A stretch of DNA of 64,000 nt, taken from positions 106,330,001-106,394,000 of the forward strand of contig OZ287748.1 in the NCBI GenBank assembly GCA_965649765.1. Direction: 5' to 3'. This stretch comes from Bispira polyomma (lineage: Eukaryota). Below the pieces are notes generated by a model that was given only the letters and a program-made list of their open reading frames with translations, was not told where the DNA came from and made no database searches. A program made the translations under genes and the position numbers. Below, piece by piece: positions 1 to 14,261 of this stretch. Position 1 is the first letter of the stretch. The number at the start of each line of letters is the position of its first letter.

Positions 1-115
1 CGCATAGACTTCAGAAAGAGTTTCTCGTGATCGAAGCTCATCTGAAAGATAACTCCATAACATGGGGGAAGCAATTGAGAGAGCTCTAGACCCAACCCTC
101 TTGGTGCGTTTTTTC
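1..115 (+). mobile_element. Possible RTE-like LINE C-terminal remnant
   Basis: Translates HLKDNSITWGEAIERALD, resembling the RTE ORF C-terminal 'TW.EA...A.D' pattern; short. Confidence 0.3.
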
Positions 116-190
116 TGACTTCCATACTGGCTGATCTATCTAGAGAAAGCTATGTAGTGAAACCTGTCCAGATAAGAGAAAAACACACAC

Positions 191-465
191 AAACAGACGA
201 CTTCTGGCACGAAAGAGTTACCGTCATGATAAAGAATGACTCGGAAATACTCGAAAACAGACGACTACTGGCACAAAAGAGTTACCGTCATGATACAGAA
301 TGACTCAGAATTACTCAGAAACAGACGACTATTGGCCAGAAAGAGTTACAGTAGTAATACAGAATGACTCGAAAAATACTCGGAAATACTCTGAAACAGA
401 CGACTACTGACACAAAAGAGTTATAGTAGTTATACATAATTACTCGGAAATACTTGAAAACGGCT
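191..465. repeat. ~65-bp tandem repeat, ~4 copies
   Basis: aaacagacgac...aagagtta...gaatgactc recurs at about 191, 255, 319 and 394. Confidence 0.85.
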
Positions 466-2139
466 CCTCAAAGAGCTCATTGTAGAAAGAAAGCTGCCAT
501 TAAGGGAAGTTTTAAATTAGCGCTAAGGCCAAGAACTTTTCTTACTGCCTCTCCATACCGCCATTTGGTGAACCCCAAATAAAATTTACTGAAGGAAAGA
601 CGAGTAGCAAGGTAGGAGGGCTGTTGAGAGACAACAACATTAAAAGTAGTGACTTCAGTTAACTAGACTTCTTAAAGAGTAATATATATTTATATCATTA
701 AATTTGTGTAGAAACCCGGAGCCTAAAGCCAGACTTGTCAATGGTAAGAGGCGTCAATCACTGGAGGAAACAGAACACCAGCAGACGACATTTTTCCTGA
801 AAATACCACTGTTAGCATTATATTGGCGGGAATTAGGTTTTTAAGTCCTTATACTGATGCAATAAATACCTGATTTCTGAGGAGATAGGAGGGGGTCTTA
901 ATTAAAGCCCCCTGTATACCCATACATTAGTCTGGAGGATTACACAAATCTCATCCACCCCCACCCCACCCCCCTTTTCCTCAAAATCCGCGGAGACGTC
1001 AAGATATAATGGAAATTTGGCGGGAAGACCCCTCTTAGTTAACACAACTATGGGTCATTTTACAAATCCCTCTTCACCCCAATAATGCTTTGGACGATAC
1101 ATTTACAAAAGAAAAAGTTCTTAAACTCATTTTAATGCCGTCTAAAATTCTGATGCTACACAGATGTAGATTCCTTAATAAATGACTGGGAATAACCTGG
1201 ACACGTGACCATTTCCTGTTGATAATAAGGCCATCAAGTGATGGAACTAAAAATAGATATCAGTTAGAATTGATATAGATTTCTTGTACACAAACAGTAT
1301 ACATATTAAGATACCGTTGGGGATACCTTTAAGTTTAAGTCATTTTCATAAGTAGGTCCTCTTATTCACTGGTATTGTATTCTCAAAAGAAAACTCGGAC
1401 TCAAACTTGGACTTCGATGACAGCTATGTGTGGAAGTCCTATTTACAGGAAATAAAACCTGTACTTGTGACCATTCGTTTGAATAGAGTTCTTTTACGCT
1501 GAACTCCAATATACAGTCATATTTTGCTTAAGTTCACCCTAGCCAGAGATGTAAGGACTTCAAAGCTGAAGCTCTAAGTCTGGTTTGTGCTTGAGGTCCC
1601 TGATCTGTAATCTAAATATCTATGACACTAAAACGCCTTGGGTGGTAGGCAAATCTCTGTAATCCAGTGGAGGCTTCTTATGTAATACATGAGACCTTTA
1701 GACCTGATCGCCAACCCCCACCCCCACCCCCACCCCCCCCCCCCCCCACCCCACCCCCCCACCTCCCCTAAACTCGTCAGAGATGTCAAATAATGGATTC
1801 TTACTAGCATTGCTAAAGGCTCAGAATTGTCAGAAAAGTTTATTGGGTTTGGAATTATGTCCAAATATGTCGAGGTTTAATTCAGCATAATGTACTCATA
1901 TACTACAGCTGCTGTTGGTCAATAAAGAAGTTGTTCAAATCATATGAGTACATTTTGAGAAATTTTGAAACCGTAGGCTGCACGACGTCCGTAAAACTTA
2001 ACCTTTCCTAAAAGTACAAACTATGCATAATACAACTTGTTTGCATTTTTATTCATGTATTATATTTTTAAATATTTTCAAGGTTCAAAATTCAATGACA
2101 TTTTTCTGAAAAAAACACTTGAGCCTCAAATAAATGCTA

Positions 2140-2510
2140 TGTGACCAGTTACTTAGACTGTGGGGAGTCTAGTTGGGGCTAGGTGAGCAGTTACTCAGAC
2201 TATGTGGATACTAGTTGGGGCTCTATGAGCAGTTACTCAGACTATGTGGAGACTAGTTGGGGCTAGGTGAGCAGTTACTCAGACTGTTGGGAGAGTGGTT
2301 GGGGCTAGGTGAGCAGTTACTTAGACTGTGGGGAGTCTAGTTGGGGCTAGGTGAGCAGTTACTCAGACTATGTGGAGACTAGTTGGGGCTCTATGAGCAG
2401 TTACTCAGACTATGTGGAGACTAGTTGGGGCTAGGTGAGCAGTTACTCAGACTGTTGGGAGAGTGGTTGGGGCTAGGTGAGCAGTTACTCAGACTGTGGG
2501 GAGTCTAGTT
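2140..2510. repeat. ~42-bp minisatellite, ~9 copies
   Basis: gagcagttactcagactatgtggagactagttggggctaggt repeated. Confidence 0.95.
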
Positions 2511-3149
2511 GAATTTCAAAAAAGATACAAAATATACCAAAAAATATCAGTGAGTAGATTATATAACTCTGCAAAGGCGCTATAGTCTTTGGACTTGGAC
2601 AAAAGTCACTGGATCCACCCACCATTCAATACATTCTGGTTTGGCCCGCGCCAAATCCCTTTACTTAATATAGGAATAAAAAAATCACCACAACTGTTAT
2701 ATGTGTTTTATCTCTTGGGTTTGTGTATTAACCCATCCCATTGGTCGTTTAAAAAGCTTATAAAACATGAGCTTATAAGTATTGTATTCCTATTCTAAAA
2801 TGATAAGCCTCCAATTTAATTAAAAAGACACCGTAATTACTTTAAATGTATACGCAACAGTTTCATGTTTTGGCTGTTCCATCATTTAAACATACATGAC
2901 AACTGAATTTGCTAAAAAATGCGGATTATTTATTATTAACTCAGGACTTACTGAAGGTGAAAATTTTAAAATGTGGTGAGAAAGCTTATTTTATTGCAAT
3001 GACTGTAGTTTTTGTTGCATCAAAATCCGTTGAAAATGGTTGAGCTAAAACCACACTTCTACCACACTTATATAACATAGGGTCATTTCAAATGCGTTCC
3101 TCATGGGTAGCCACTATGGGCGACGAGGCTTGTTTTAGGATGACTATTT

Positions 3150-3356
3150 ATCAACTTCTTTAATCTACCACTGGAGATATTACTGAGAGACAGATGACCA
3201 ACATTTTTAATGGTCATCCGAGCCACTAGGCAATTTTGTGTTCACATCATGCCCAAGGATGCTGTCCCACCAAATGAATCCAGCAGTCGGTTTCAGGAAT
3301 AAAAACTGGGACCTTCTGATCATCAGACCAACTCCCTTACCACTTAACCACGGAGG
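3150..3356 (-). mobile_element. Decayed tRNA-derived SINE
   Basis: Minus-strand head ccgtggttaagtggtaagggagttggtctgatgatcagaaggtcccagtt with A/B-box-like layout. Confidence 0.55.
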
Positions 3357-3409
3357 ATGACAGGTGGACTGATTGTGGAAGACAAAACAAGAAGGTTTGT
3401 AACTCTCAG

Positions 3410-3477
3410 AATGTTTATGTCATCAATGTTTATGTCACCAATATTTATGTCACCAATGTTTATGTCACCAATGTTTT
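3410..3477. repeat. 15-bp tandem repeat (aatgtttatgtcacc), ~4.5 copies
   Basis: Directly visible. Confidence 0.9.
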
Positions 3478-4994
3478 GTTGGTGTAAAAAACAAACCTGT
3501 TGGCGACAATTTTATGATCGTATTTAGATTGCTTTCTTTTTAAATTCATTTGAGTTAAGAATTACATTGTAACAATGGCCACCAAAAATAGTTATCTAGT
3601 TTGAAACTTCATCTATTCTAAAATAAATATTCTTGATGTGTAATCTACAATCACAGAAGCCTAAAAGAAATACTCCTCAAGTGTAATCTACTATCACTGA
3701 AGCTTCAGTTCTTTCCCTTGAGGTCAGTTCTGTTGATATTAGTCCGATACTGATTTATTCAAAGCAGGAAATTACTTTGATAAATAGGTTTTCTTTGCAC
3801 TGTCAAGAATCTCATAACAAAAACAAATCAAAAATGAAAACATCCCAGACAAACACATAGCAGAGATAAGGCTACACAGTGTTTTGTGGGTGTGTTTATA
3901 GCTACCATTTCTAAGATTGGACCACTAGGCCCACATATCTATCAAACATATTCAACTTACACCCAGAAAAATCTCAAGATATATATCCTGCTGTGTGGTA
4001 TCTTTGTGTAATAAGGTAAAGATATCTTAAATCTGACTGTATATTTGAGTTCCTCGCCGACAGCTCTATTGAAAGGAATGGTCACATGTCTGATAATTCC
4101 CAATAATAAGGTTATTTGTGTGTATATAAATGTGTGTATATGAGTTTAAGTTTTTCAGACCTTTTATATTAATGTCCACAACCCCCTGGACTCTCCGAGA
4201 TGATAGATGTAGCTTTGATATCTGCTCTCACTGTCAGATCTCTGACTTACTGCCATTGTGTGCGTGGTACAGTTATGTGAGTTCTCATACATCTTTTACC
4301 ACTGGAGGGTATTTTTTCATAACACTTGTCATCAAGTCATCTCATTTGTCTCCAGTGTGAGTGAGTGAGTAAGCTAATCTACTTAAGTAGGGGACCAAGA
4401 CCTGCCACAGAGTCAGTCACATGTGTCTTCATGATATCAAAACCAGAATGCCATTGATCTGCAGTCCAATCCACTTTAGGATCCAGGATAAAATAACGGT
4501 AGTTAAGGAGATATTCTTAAGTTCCATAGATATACATTTATACCAAGCACTCACTTTAAGGTGACCAACGTTTTGAACAGTTTTAAGCTTTCCTATGAGT
4601 CTTCCAAGGAAGTCCATTGTAATATTTCAACTAATACCCCACCTATCTACCCCACCCCCTCATCAGAGTGTGATCTGATGTTTGCTGACTGGTGTCCCCA
4701 CCCCGTCTAAGTATTTACGACCTAACTCAGTCCGGACCCCCCAGGGCACTATACCTGAGCCAGCCACCTCTAATCGACCAGAACATCCGATAATACAGGA
4801 ACTTTAAAAAACAAACAGAGAAAAGAGGGATCAATCTAGACAGGAAGTGAACCAATAAGGCGGGAAAAGTAGTCACAACTGCTCCGTACTCTCTATAAAT
4901 CACTGTGTTTTAACAATGAACTGTTTTTTAATGTTTTTTCTATGTGTGTTGTTGGTTTAAGCAAATCACTATTTAGTTTTTGAACAACTCCCAG

Positions 4995-5432
4995 ATAATG
5001 TGACCTTATTTGCAGTGTACAGATCATGTGACCTTATTTACAGCTGGTGAACAGACCATGTGACCTTATTTACAGCTGGTGTACAGATCATGTAACATTA
5101 TTTACAGCTGATGTACAGAGTATGTGATCTTTTATGGCTGGTGTACAGATTATGTGACCTTATTTACAGCTGGTTTACAATTCATGTGACCTTACTTACA
5201 GCTGATGTACAGATCATGTGACGTTTTTACAGCTGGTGTACAGATCCTGTGACCTTATTTTTTTATAGCCGGTGTACAGATCATGTTACCTTATTTACAG
5301 CTGGTGTAAAAATCATGTAACCTTATTTGCAGCAGATATGCAGATCATGTCACCATGTTTACAGCCGGTGTACAGATTATGTGACCATAGTTACAGCCGG
5401 TATACAAATAATGTGATTCTTATTTACAGCAT
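4995..5432. repeat. ~32-bp minisatellite (tgtacagatcatgtgaccttatttacagctgg), ~13 copies
   Basis: Directly visible, diverged units. Confidence 0.9.
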
Positions 5433-6494
5433 TTCTCCATACTTATTGATAACCTAATTAAAGTTTTGTAAAAGACTTTATGCATGCAGATCTTGTAAAG
5501 TTTTTTATAATTGATGAACTTGTGTAACAGAGTATGTACAGGTTGTACCCACAGCATGTGACCTCTATGTACCTCTTTATGTAAGTGTGCAGATCATGTG
5601 ACTGTATTTAAGACCATGTGACCATATTTGTAGTTTTAATCTCCGTAGCCATGTGAGGCTGCTTTACCAACTTATTTAATTATTGATTATTTCAGGAAAA
5701 GTATTTATTATTGCTTTACCTTCACATATAAAACACAGAAATGGCCCACTGACATATGACATAGGGAAAAATATGAGTTTGTCAGTTTTATATGTTTTCT
5801 TGCGACTATCTGACATTTCCTTAATTACTCTTGTCAGAAAAGTAAGAACCAGCTGACATATTTGATACAGTATAGATTAGACACACATACAGGGAGCCAT
5901 ACAGACACCCATTCATGTACTAAAACCTGTGGTCAGTAAACACCCCACACACAAGCAAACATGAGAGGTTAATGAGTTTCTGGGTTTGTCAGGGGTTTAC
6001 GTTCTGAGACTTCTGTCAGGGGGGTGGGCTGTATGTATTGCCTGTATGTACATGGGGCTTCACAAAGATCATAATCCTCTCTGTGTGTGAATGAGAGAGC
6101 TGAACCCTAGGAGGGGCTAAACAAATTACCTAAAACTAAACACTGACACAGCTAGGTCTTCTCTTGAAATTACTAACTAAAATCCCAAGCAGGTAGTAAG
6201 TGTTAAAACAAACCAGAAGTAGTCTAAGATATACTTTATGTGCATCATACTTTGTATGGCAAAGGTAACACAGAAAAAGATAACACAAATTGTAAACAAT
6301 TATGATACTCTCCTGGAATAAATGTATATATTTTATGTGCACATTGTTAGATTAATTTTGTGCAAAAAGTACTTTTATATTTTACACATAGTCACTGAAT
6401 TTGGTTTAGTGAATATATGTAAGAACTATCTCATAATTTCAAGGAATACACATATTCCCTGGAAATTTTAGGGAACATGCGTATTCCCTGACCA

Positions 6495-6950
6495 AAACAC
6501 TAGTTTGTTCCTTGGACTGTCCAGCCTTCTGTGTTCTAATAATTAAAAAGCTCTCATATTGGTATTGATAATCCTCCCCTCAAGTTATGTATTGGTCAGT
6601 CCCTGTGCATTTCGGCAACCTCCCTTGATACACAATAGCCCATCCCTTGCAGTGTCCATTATTCTGTCCTCTAAAAATTAAAATCTGCCATGCTGTTACT
6701 GATAATCCCACCCCAAGTCATATATTGATAAGACCCATGTTTTGTTTTTGCTCCCCACCCTTTAATATGCACTAGTCCGTCTCTTGGACTGTCACGCCTT
6801 CTGTATTGGATTCATTAAAAGCTGTCATGTTGTAATTGATAATCCCACCCCAAGTAATTATATTGGTGTCAGTCCCTATATCGCCCCCCCCTCCCCTGAG
6901 ATACACTAGTCCGTCCCTTGCACTGTCCAGCCGCCGTCTTTTCATTAATG
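6495..6950. repeat. Diverged ~135-bp tandem repeat, ~3.5 copies
   Basis: Blocks actagt...cttggactgtc and gataatcccaccccaagt recur at about 135-bp spacing. Confidence 0.7.
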
Positions 6951-7089
6951 GAAGGCTGTGGATGTTTGTTGTTGATGCTGTAGAATATTCGGCTGAGATG
7001 ACCAGAACTGCCAATACTGTTCTAAATGGATGACCCGATATATTGATGGAGCTGACAGATGGACCAGCCACTTAGGTCACTTGATACTT

Positions 7090-8615
7090 CATACAGACAG
7101 CCAGTCACATACCCATACAGACAGCCAGTCACATACCCATACAGACAGCCAGTCACACACCCGTACACACAGCCAATCAAACAGCCATACACACAGCAAG
7201 TCACACAGACACCCAGACAACCAGTCACACAGCCACAGTCACACAAGGTCATACATACACCCAGTCACACAGGGCCATACATACACCCAGTCACACAGGG
7301 GCATACATACACCCAGTCACACAGCCACACATACATCCAGACACCCAGTCACACAGCCTCACAGACACCCAGTCACACAGAAACCTAGTCACACAGGACC
7401 ATGCAGACACCCAGTCACACAGCCATATAGGGGCATGTAGATACACAGCCAGTCACAGTGCCACACAGCCACACAGGTCCATACAGACAGCCAGTCACAC
7501 AGTCATAGATGGTCACACAGACACCCAGTCACACAGCCATAGATGGTCACCCAGACACCCAGTCACACAGCAATAGATGGTCACACAGTCAAACAGCCAT
7601 AGATGGGCACCCAGACACCCAGTCACACGGCAATAGATGGTCACACAGTCGCACAGCCATAGATGGTCACCCAGACACCCAGTCACACAGCAATAGATGG
7701 TCACACAGTCACACAGCCATAGATGGGCACCCAGACACCCAGTCACACAGCAATAGATGGTCACACATTCACCCAGTCACACAGCCATAGATGGCCACCC
7801 AGACACCCAGTCACACAGCAATAGATGGCTACACAGTCACACAGCCATAGATGGTCACACAGCCATAGATGGTCACACAGACACCCAGTCACACAGCCAT
7901 AGATAGTCACACAGACACCCAGTCACACAGGGCCATACATACACCCAGTCACACAGGGGCATACATACACCCAGTCACACAGGGGCATACATACACCCAG
8001 TCACACAGCCACACATACACCCAGACACCCATTCACACAGCCTCACAGACACCCAGTCACACAGAAACCTAGTCACACAGGACCATGCATACACCCAGTC
8101 ACACAGCCATATAGGGGCATGTAGATACACAGCCAGTCACAGTGCCACACAGCCACACAGGTCCATACAGACAGCCAGTCACACAGTCATAGATGGTCAC
8201 ACAGACACCCAATCACACAGTAATAGATGGTCACACAGACACCCAGTCACACAGCCATAGATGGTCACCCAGACACCCAGTCACACAGCAATAGATGGTC
8301 ACACAGTCAAACAGCCAATGATGGGCACCCAGACACCCAGTCACACAGCAATAGATGGTCACACAGTCGCACAGCCATAGATGGTCACCCAGACACCCAG
8401 ACACACAGCAATAGATGGTCACACAGTCGCACAGACATAGATGGTCACCCAGACACCCAGTCACACAGCAATAGATGGTCACACAGTCACACAGCCATAG
8501 ATGGCCACCCAGACACCCAGTCACACAGCAATAAATGGCCACACAGTCACACAGCCATAGATGGTCACACAGCCATAGATGGTCACACACAGACACCCAG
8601 TCACACAGCCACACA
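7090..8615. repeat. Complex AC-rich satellite (acacccagtcacacag / atagatggtcacac units)
   Basis: Directly visible; source of the spurious His/Thr/Ser- and Cys-rich ORFs. Confidence 0.95.
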
Positions 8616-9564
8616 GGGATGTTATTACAGTAGACAGTATTTGTGCTGGTCAGTTTATATTAGCAGATATTTGGTGACGCCACAGAGGCTAGTAGGGAAG
8701 GTGGAGGAGGGGGTGACTTGGTCAGGTTCCCAGAGAGACTAGCGGCCTCAACTGATGGCTTCAATTAAACCTGTTATTGGTGGTGATGGGAGCAGAATAG
8801 AGAAATAAATGGCTGGTCAGTGGGGGGCGGTCAGTGAGGGGGGAGAGGAGGAGGCACAAAACTATCAGCCAGGAAATGACAGAAGTTAATAACAAACAAG
8901 AGAGATCTTCTGATAATATGTCCCCAAAGAAAGGCGTTGAATTCACTGATAAATATGGTTTATCAAAAACAATACTAACACATGATGCACAGTCCAATTA
9001 TCAAAAGACATCCAAACTCAGAGATAGTATTACAATATTTCAACATATGAACATAAATATTAAATATGTCTCTAAAGATAAGAGCTGTTTAGTAAACTGA
9101 TTAACCTGTTTATCAAAAACAATACTTACATAATGAACATGTACAAACTAATTAACAACAGACATTCAAGCTCAGAAATTATTGTTCTTGTATCTCCAGG
9201 GGGAGATGGACATAAACAAGTTTGTCAGCATCCGATAGAAATGTGATTAGTAAGTAATATTTTGTATCATTAAAATGACCGCTTTTTGATCAGATTTATT
9301 GGTGTCAGAAACCGCTGCTGAAGACACATTTAAATCACCGCCAACCTAACACTTCTAACTCTTAGGCCACCGCAACCCCTTTAAAAAGTTTTAAAGATAT
9401 TGTTATATATACATCTCAGAGAGCTAACCGATGAAAAATTCTATGGGGAGAATATATACACTTACCTCTAACAACAAACTAGGAATCATATAACAGTCTA
9501 AATTGCACTATAATATTTTCCTATTACTTACTATCTTTAGTGGGGTACTATCTCTATGTGGTAC

Positions 9565-10003
9565 AAGAACGACTTCTGGACAAACTACAGCATGTTCAGA
9601 ATGCAGCCTCCCTTCCTGTGACAAATACTAAAAAGTTTGACCATATCACTCCAGTTTTGCAAAGGCTGCACTGGTTGCCAGTACGTCAAATAATTAAATA
9701 TGTTTTTTTGCTTCTGACATTCAAAGCTTCAAAATACTATAAAGCTCATATCTGGCAGACATGGTTTCATACTACAGGGATCCCTGCGTTCTCAATCACA
9801 AGAAGGTCTGCATTCCAAGTATGGCAACAGAGCCTACAGTATTGTGGCCCTAAAATTATGGAATCAACTGCCTGTTTCTCTCACGAGCCTGCAAAACTGT
9901 CAATATTTCAAAATCAGAAAAAATTTGTTCAGTTTATAGTGAAGCGCTTTAAACATCATTGGCTGGTCAGACGGTATATATAAAAAACTTATGTTATGTT
10001 ATG
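9565..10003 (+). mobile_element. L2/CR1-group LINE 3' fragment
   Basis: KLQHVQNAA...DHITPVLQRLHWLPV, then a frameshifted GPKLWNQLP, then a (TTATG)n tail. Confidence 0.88.
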
Positions 10004-10568
10004 TAAGTAGATGTTTAATTTTGCACAGGTAGAGTGTGAAAATGTATCTGTCATACAGCAACATATGTAATCAATTAAAGTGACTTATAAGCCCATGTGG
10101 GCTGGGCAAACCATATTTATGTATCAATGTATTGATATAAAAAAAATTTCAGTAAAAACGTGGACTTACTAATTTCGTCAGTAAATAGGTCAGTAATTTC
10201 GGTCCAGTAAATTCACATATTTACTGAATTGTCTCATTATTATTGAAGTAAGGATTCACTAGTTACATTAAGTCTTTTTTACCCATGTGAAATATTATTA
10301 TATGGTGATGGTGTTTTTACCAGTTATTAATGAGTTCATCTTTATTTATTACACCAATAATAATGTTACAATTAGTCTTTAAAATGTTTACAATTTTCAC
10401 ACTACACATGTTTACTGAAATGACCACCAGTGAACTTGTGAAATAATGGCGACTAAATTTTTAGGGATTACACGTATTTACTGACCAAATCAGTAAGTTC
10501 GCATATTTACTGATTTTCAGAAAATATGTGTATTTCCTGATTATCCATATTTACTGTAACATATATAC

Positions 10569-12015
10569 TGTCTACTCCAATACTTAACCACACCACCATT
10601 ATGTCTGTCTACTCCAATACTTAACCACACCACCATTATGCCTGTCTACTCCAATACTTAACCACACCACTGTTATGTCTGTCTACTCCAATACTTAACC
10701 ACACCACTGTTATGTCTGTCTACTCCAATACTTAACCACACCACTGTTATGTCTGTCTACTCCAATACTTAACCACACCACCATTATGTCTGTCTACTCC
10801 AATACTTAACCACACCACCATTATGTCTGTCTACTCCAATACTTAACCACACCACCGTTATGTCTGTCTACTCCAATACTTAACCACACCACTGTTATGT
10901 CTGTCTACTCCATTACTTAACCACACCACTGTTATGTCTGTCTACTGCAATACTTAACCACACCACTGTTATGTCTGTCTACTCCAATACTTAACCACAC
11001 CACTGTTATGTCTGTCTACTCCAATACTTAACCACACCACCGTTATGCCTGTCTACTCCAATACTTAACCACACCACTGTTATGTCTGTCTACTCCAATA
11101 CTTAACCACACCACTGTTATGTCTGTCTACTGCAATACTTAGCCACACCACCGTTATGCCTGTCTACTCCAATACTTAACCACACCACTGTTATGTCTGT
11201 CTACTCCAATACTTAACCACACCACCGTTATGCCTGTCTACTCCAATACTTAACCACACCACTGTTATGTCTGTCTACTCCAATACTTAACCACACCACT
11301 GTTATGTCTGTCTACTCCAATACTTAACCACACCACCATTATGTCTGTCTACTCCAATACTTAACCACACCACCATTATGTCTGTCTACTCCAATACTTA
11401 ACCACACCACCGTTATGTCTGTCTACTCCAATACTTAACCACACCACTGTTATGTCTGTCTACTCCATTACTTAACCACACCACTGTTATGTCTGTCTAC
11501 TGCAATACTTAACCACACCACTGTTATGTCTGTCTACTCCAATACTTAACCACACCACTGTTATGTCTGTCTACTCCAATACTTAACCACACCACCGTTA
11601 TGCCTGTCTACTCCAATACTTAACCACACCACTGTTATGTCTGTCTACTCCAATACTTAACCACACCACTGTTATGTCTGTCTACTGCAATACTTAGCCA
11701 CACCACCGTTATGCCTGTCTACTCCAATACTTAACCACACCACTGTTATGTCTGTCTACTCCAATACTTAACCACACCACCGTTATGCCTGTCTACTCCA
11801 ATACTTAACCACACCACCGTTATGTCTGTCTACTCCAATACTTAACCACACCACCGTTATGTCTGTCTACTCCAATACTTAACCACACCACCATTATGTC
11901 TGTCTACTCCAATACTTAACCACACCACCGTTATGTCTGTCTACTCCAATACTTAACCACACCACTGTTATGTCTGTCTACTCCAATACTTAACCACACC
12001 ACTATTATGTCTGTC
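10569..12015. repeat. 37-bp minisatellite, ~39 copies
   Basis: tgtctactccaatacttaaccacaccactgttatgtc, highly homogeneous. Confidence 0.97.
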
Positions 12016-13454
12016 TTCAAGCTTCTCTCCATCCTGTCCTTTTTGACTCCATATACTGATAGATCTTTTAACAACTACCTAATCTCGGAATATATAATCA
12101 AAAACCCCTTTCCTTTAACCCCCACCGTCGTGTGACGTCACGTCCTTGGTTCAATACCCCGAATGTTTCTCCCTGAATACATAACTACCTGCCACTACTA
12201 TATATCCTCTCCCTCCCTACTTGTTCATTGCAATCCCTGTCCAATCTTCCTGGATTTTCAAAACCTCCCAAAAACAAGAGCTCTTCCCCTCAGCACCAAA
12301 CCATTTTTGGTACAACTGTTACTACTGACTGTTCAGTTGGCAACACTTCACTACACATTCACCCCAATACCCATCCCATTTCTGCTTCAACACTGAGGCT
12401 GATAAATCTTACTTAATGTCCAAAACCTTTTTCAAAGCACACAATATAAATCAATCCCAGTATTTTCTAGTATAGTGTCCTGTGACCCGTACAAACTGAT
12501 ATCTTTGCCACTCAATAACTTACTGACAAGTTGCTTTGGGGGTTTGAATTCTTGGCAGGAACAGAGTCTTTACCGTCTACACTATTCTATTAGCCTTATA
12601 GTAAGACAAAAACATAGGTCTGAAGATTTAGAATTTGACCTTTAAATTTTCAGACTAGAGCATAGTTAGGTCAAGGCCATATATATATATAATGTTTAAA
12701 ATTCATTTTACACAATAAAGTGATAGCCCAGGTAAAAATGAAGCTTGAATCTCCCCATATGGCACTCTAAAATAATGCTAGCCACGTGTTTTGTCATTAA
12801 AACTAGTGGAGTGTTATATTATGTCCAACTATTTGTTTTAAATACATCAATGCTGTTATTTTGAGGTATTAGATAAATTCGAAAAGGTTGCACATAAATC
12901 TAATTAAAGTGTATCATCATAATTGTTATTATTTCATCTAATATATTTACGCTACAATTGTTAAATGAGTTTTCGCCTGCTTTTTACTATACTTAGCTCA
13001 CTATTATAATAACAATTATAATAATAATAACAACAAATATAACAATTATATATTTTACCAAACAGATAGATCACTATAACCACAAGTTTACTGTTCAGTC
13101 AAAATACCTGGATTATCTGTAATATAAAAGATATATACTTTCAGTTATTAGATTTAAACCAAAATGACAAATGATGGCACACATTGCCTCTATTATATGT
13201 GTGGCCTGGAGTCAATAATACTGTGCTAGTTTTAAGTGTAAAGATTCAGATTTTATCCTGACAACTACATCCAAACATGCACAGAAATCCTTTCTCTGAA
13301 GTCACATTTCAAGACACTACTATTGCTCTCCTTTAAAACACTAAAGCAATGTTCACACATTTTTATGTGGGAAAGTTTGTTAGGTACTTGACGTAGGTTG
13401 TGGTTTTTCCACTGTAAAAAATCAACAAATTAAGAAATACCTAGTTCTTTGTAG

Positions 13455-13900
13455 ACGAATGTGATGTTCTTTATAGCCGAATGTGGTGTTCTTTATTGCT
13501 GAATGTTGTGTCGTTTATAGCCGAATGTTGTGTTGTTTATAGCTGAATGTTGTGTTACTTATAGCTGAATGTTGTGTTGTTTATAGCCGAATGTTGTGTC
13601 GTTTATAGCCGAATGTTGTGTTCTTTATTGCCGAATGTTGTGTTCTTTATTGCCAAATGTTGTGTTCTTTATTGCTGAATGTTGTGTTGTTTATAGCTGA
13701 ATGTTGTGTTGTTTATTGCCGAATGTTGTGTTGTTTATAGCCAAACGTTGTGTTCTTTATAGCCGAATGTTGTGTTGTTTATAGCTGAATGTTGTATTGT
13801 TTATAGCTGAAAGTTCTGTTGTTTATAGCTGAAAGTTCTGTTGTTTATTGCCGAATGTTGTGTCGTTTATAGCCGAATGTTGTGTTGCTTATAGCCAAAT
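13455..13900. repeat. 22-bp minisatellite (gccgaatgttgtgttgtttata), ~20 copies
   Basis: Directly visible. Confidence 0.95.
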
Positions 13901-14261
13901 ATCACAATTACAAATTGTGCCCGTTAATTTTTAGAAACAATAAGGATTGAAATCCCTGCTCAGATATAAGAAGGTTATAATTTAAACACAAATAAATTAT
14001 TATATTTGTAAAATGAAGTATTGATCTTTTGTAGCAACAATGAATTCCACTGGTTGGACTGTTGTACTTTAAGTACTTTAAATAAATTTGATAGAACATA
14101 GTATCATAGGATCAGTTTTAACATACTGGTTTGTAGTACTGTTATGGTGGTATTTGTATGCATAGGAATGATGCTTTAGCACTAAAATCTGATTAATATA
14201 ACAAAAATTATGACTTTCAATGACTAAAAAAAATTAATTCATTGAACGAAGTATCATAGTA

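Noticed and set aside
850-1870. Possible highly degraded L1/Tx1-like remnant on the minus strand
   Set aside because: Only vague motif resemblance with many stops; not supportable without a search.
7022-8742. His/Ser/Thr-rich and Cys-rich ORFs
   Set aside because: Translations of a low-complexity satellite that is open in several frames on both strands, with no splice or domain support.
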